From positions 448,001-512,000 of the forward strand of contig CAVUDP010000002.1 in assembly GCA_963740315.1 (NCBI GenBank): a stretch of DNA of 64,000 bases, read 5' to 3'. Positions 62,833 to 64,000 of the stretch are shown here, piece after piece (the stretch's first letter is position 1; every line of letters starts with the position of its first letter). The position numbers and the translations under genes are program-made. The notes beneath the pieces were generated by a model, which did no database searches, was not told the DNA's origin, and was given only the letters and a program-made list of their open reading frames with translations. The DNA is from an uncultured cyanobacterium. GTDB lineage: Bacteria; Cyanobacteriota; Cyanobacteriia; Cyanobacteriales; Nostocaceae.

Positions 62833-64000
62833 TTACTTTTCCTTATAAGTCCAAACGCCATCATCCCAGTCGTCATGAGTATGAGGATTATCTAACCAAT
62901 GGTGACAGCGTTTAAGATGCGATATTGCTGCTTTGTCATCTGCTTCGATTTCCAAGCAGAGGGCGAATTGGTTTTTGGCTGAGGTAAATTGACGGTTGAT
63001 GTAGTATTCGCGTCCTTTATGATAATGTTCGATCGCGGTTAGTTTATCGCCGCTGATATTATCGCTACGCAAACCGATTAATTCGTATATTGATACTGGC
63101 TCGTTGCGACCTTTAACGCGAATGTAATCTAATTCTCTTGCCCATACCAAGTGTTTGCAAGGTTCATGGGTGTTATCGCTGATAATAATGTCGCAGCCGT
63201 ACTGTTTGCTGACGCTTTCTAAACGAGAACCAAGGTTTACACCATCGCCGATCGCGGTGAATTCCATGCGTTTGCTCGAACCAATGTTTCCACTGATTAC
63301 AACGTCTGAGTTGATACCAATACCAATCTTAATTTCTGGCTTGTTGTCCGCATGACGACGGATGTTAAAGTCGTTTAAGCGATGGCGCATTTCTAAAGAT
63401 GTTTGTACTGCCATCCAAGCATGGTTTTGTAAAGGTAACGGCGAACCATATACAGCCATGATGGCATCACCAATATATTTATCTAAGGTGCCTTTATGTT
63501 TGAAAACCGCTTCCACCATTGACTCGAAGTATTCGTTGAGCATACCAACTACTTCTTCGGCTTCCAAGTTTTCCGTTAAAGTAGTGTAGCCGCGAATATC
63601 GGAAAATAGAATCGAAACTTCTTTGCGATCGCCACCTAGTTTTGCGTCGTCTAATTTAAGTAGTTCTTCGGCTAATTCCTGAGTCATGTAGCGGTACATG
63701 GTACTTTTGAGCCGTTTTTCGTCGCTGATATCATCCATTACTACCAGCGCCCCCCTAACTTGTCGATTGTCGCTTGCGTCGGCGATGGTGTTGATCGACA
63801 AGTTGATGCTATTTTCTAAAGATTCATGGGTAAGAAGAGTGCGATCGGGATAATATTGTTCGCGTAATTTATCATCGGTAACATTTAAAGCATCGTCACA
63901 CCATTTATCGAAGTCGTTTTCTTTGATATTGATGATGTCGTTGATTAATTTGCCTTCTAAACGTTCTTCTGCTTCTAATCCCAACAAACGCAAAGCGCTT
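62833..64000 (-). CDS. Class III adenylate cyclase, C-terminal part (PAS plus catalytic domain; 5' end outside window)
   Basis: LFSDIRGYT, DKYIGDAIM, FTAIGDGVNLGSRLES, VKGR. Confidence 0.93.
   Translation of the reverse strand, partial: SALRLLGLEAEERLEGKLINDIINIKENDFDKWCDDALNVTDDKLREQYYPDRTLLTHESLENSINLSINTIADASDNRQVRGALVVMDDISDEKRLKSTMYRYMTQELAEELLKLDDAKLGGDRKEVSILFSDIRGYTTLTENLEAEEVVGMLNEYFESMVEAVFKHKGTLDKYIGDAIMAVYGSPLPLQNHAWMAVQTSLEMRHRLNDFNIRRHADNKPEIKIGIGINSDVVISGNIGSSKRMEFTAIGDGVNLGSRLESVSKQYGCDIIISDNTHEPCKHLVWARELDYIRVKGRNEPVSIYELIGLRSDNISGDKLTAIEHYHKGREYYINRQFTSAKNQFALCLEIEADDKAAISHLKRCHHWLDNPHTHDDWDDGVWTYKEK

Overview
This 64 kb window is AT-rich chromosomal DNA from a filamentous cyanobacterium, probably Nostocales. 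That assignment is an inference from the many HIP1 octamers (GCGATCGC), the heptamer/octamer STRR tracts, and the psaK, ado-aar and argZ/agrE genes. In order it contains: the end of a polysaccharide cluster (three GT4 enzymes, Wzx flippase, epimerase, methyltransferase); argZ/agrE; a stand-alone GAF protein with DXCF cyanobacteriochrome motifs; three Ser/Thr kinases, one split by a nonsense codon; a dispersed cobalamin gene set (cobI, cobH, cbiET, cobK, cbiD, DUF1636); hspA; psaK; trpF; the conserved ado-aar-accA-SDR-folE block; and a partial adenylate cyclase. The most unusual part is a ~10.9 kb putative defence island (34.5-45.4 kb) between cbiET and cobK. It encodes a PLD-nuclease/SNF2-helicase fusion and a large, frameshifted Eco57I-like adenine methyltransferase. 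Between these two genes lie an unknown gene, a YhcG/DUF1016 nuclease, a Uma2 gene and a small-protein/retropepsin pair. The island is bracketed by two direct copies of one MITE and abuts a six-unit 130/131-bp tandem array of REP-like hairpins. Miniature repeats (REP-like, MITE-like and 20-25 bp SDR-like) are abundant, nest within each other, and appear in frame inside cbiD and the methyltransferase. I saw no rRNA, tRNA, CRISPR array or transposase. All family assignments come from motif recognition, not database searches.
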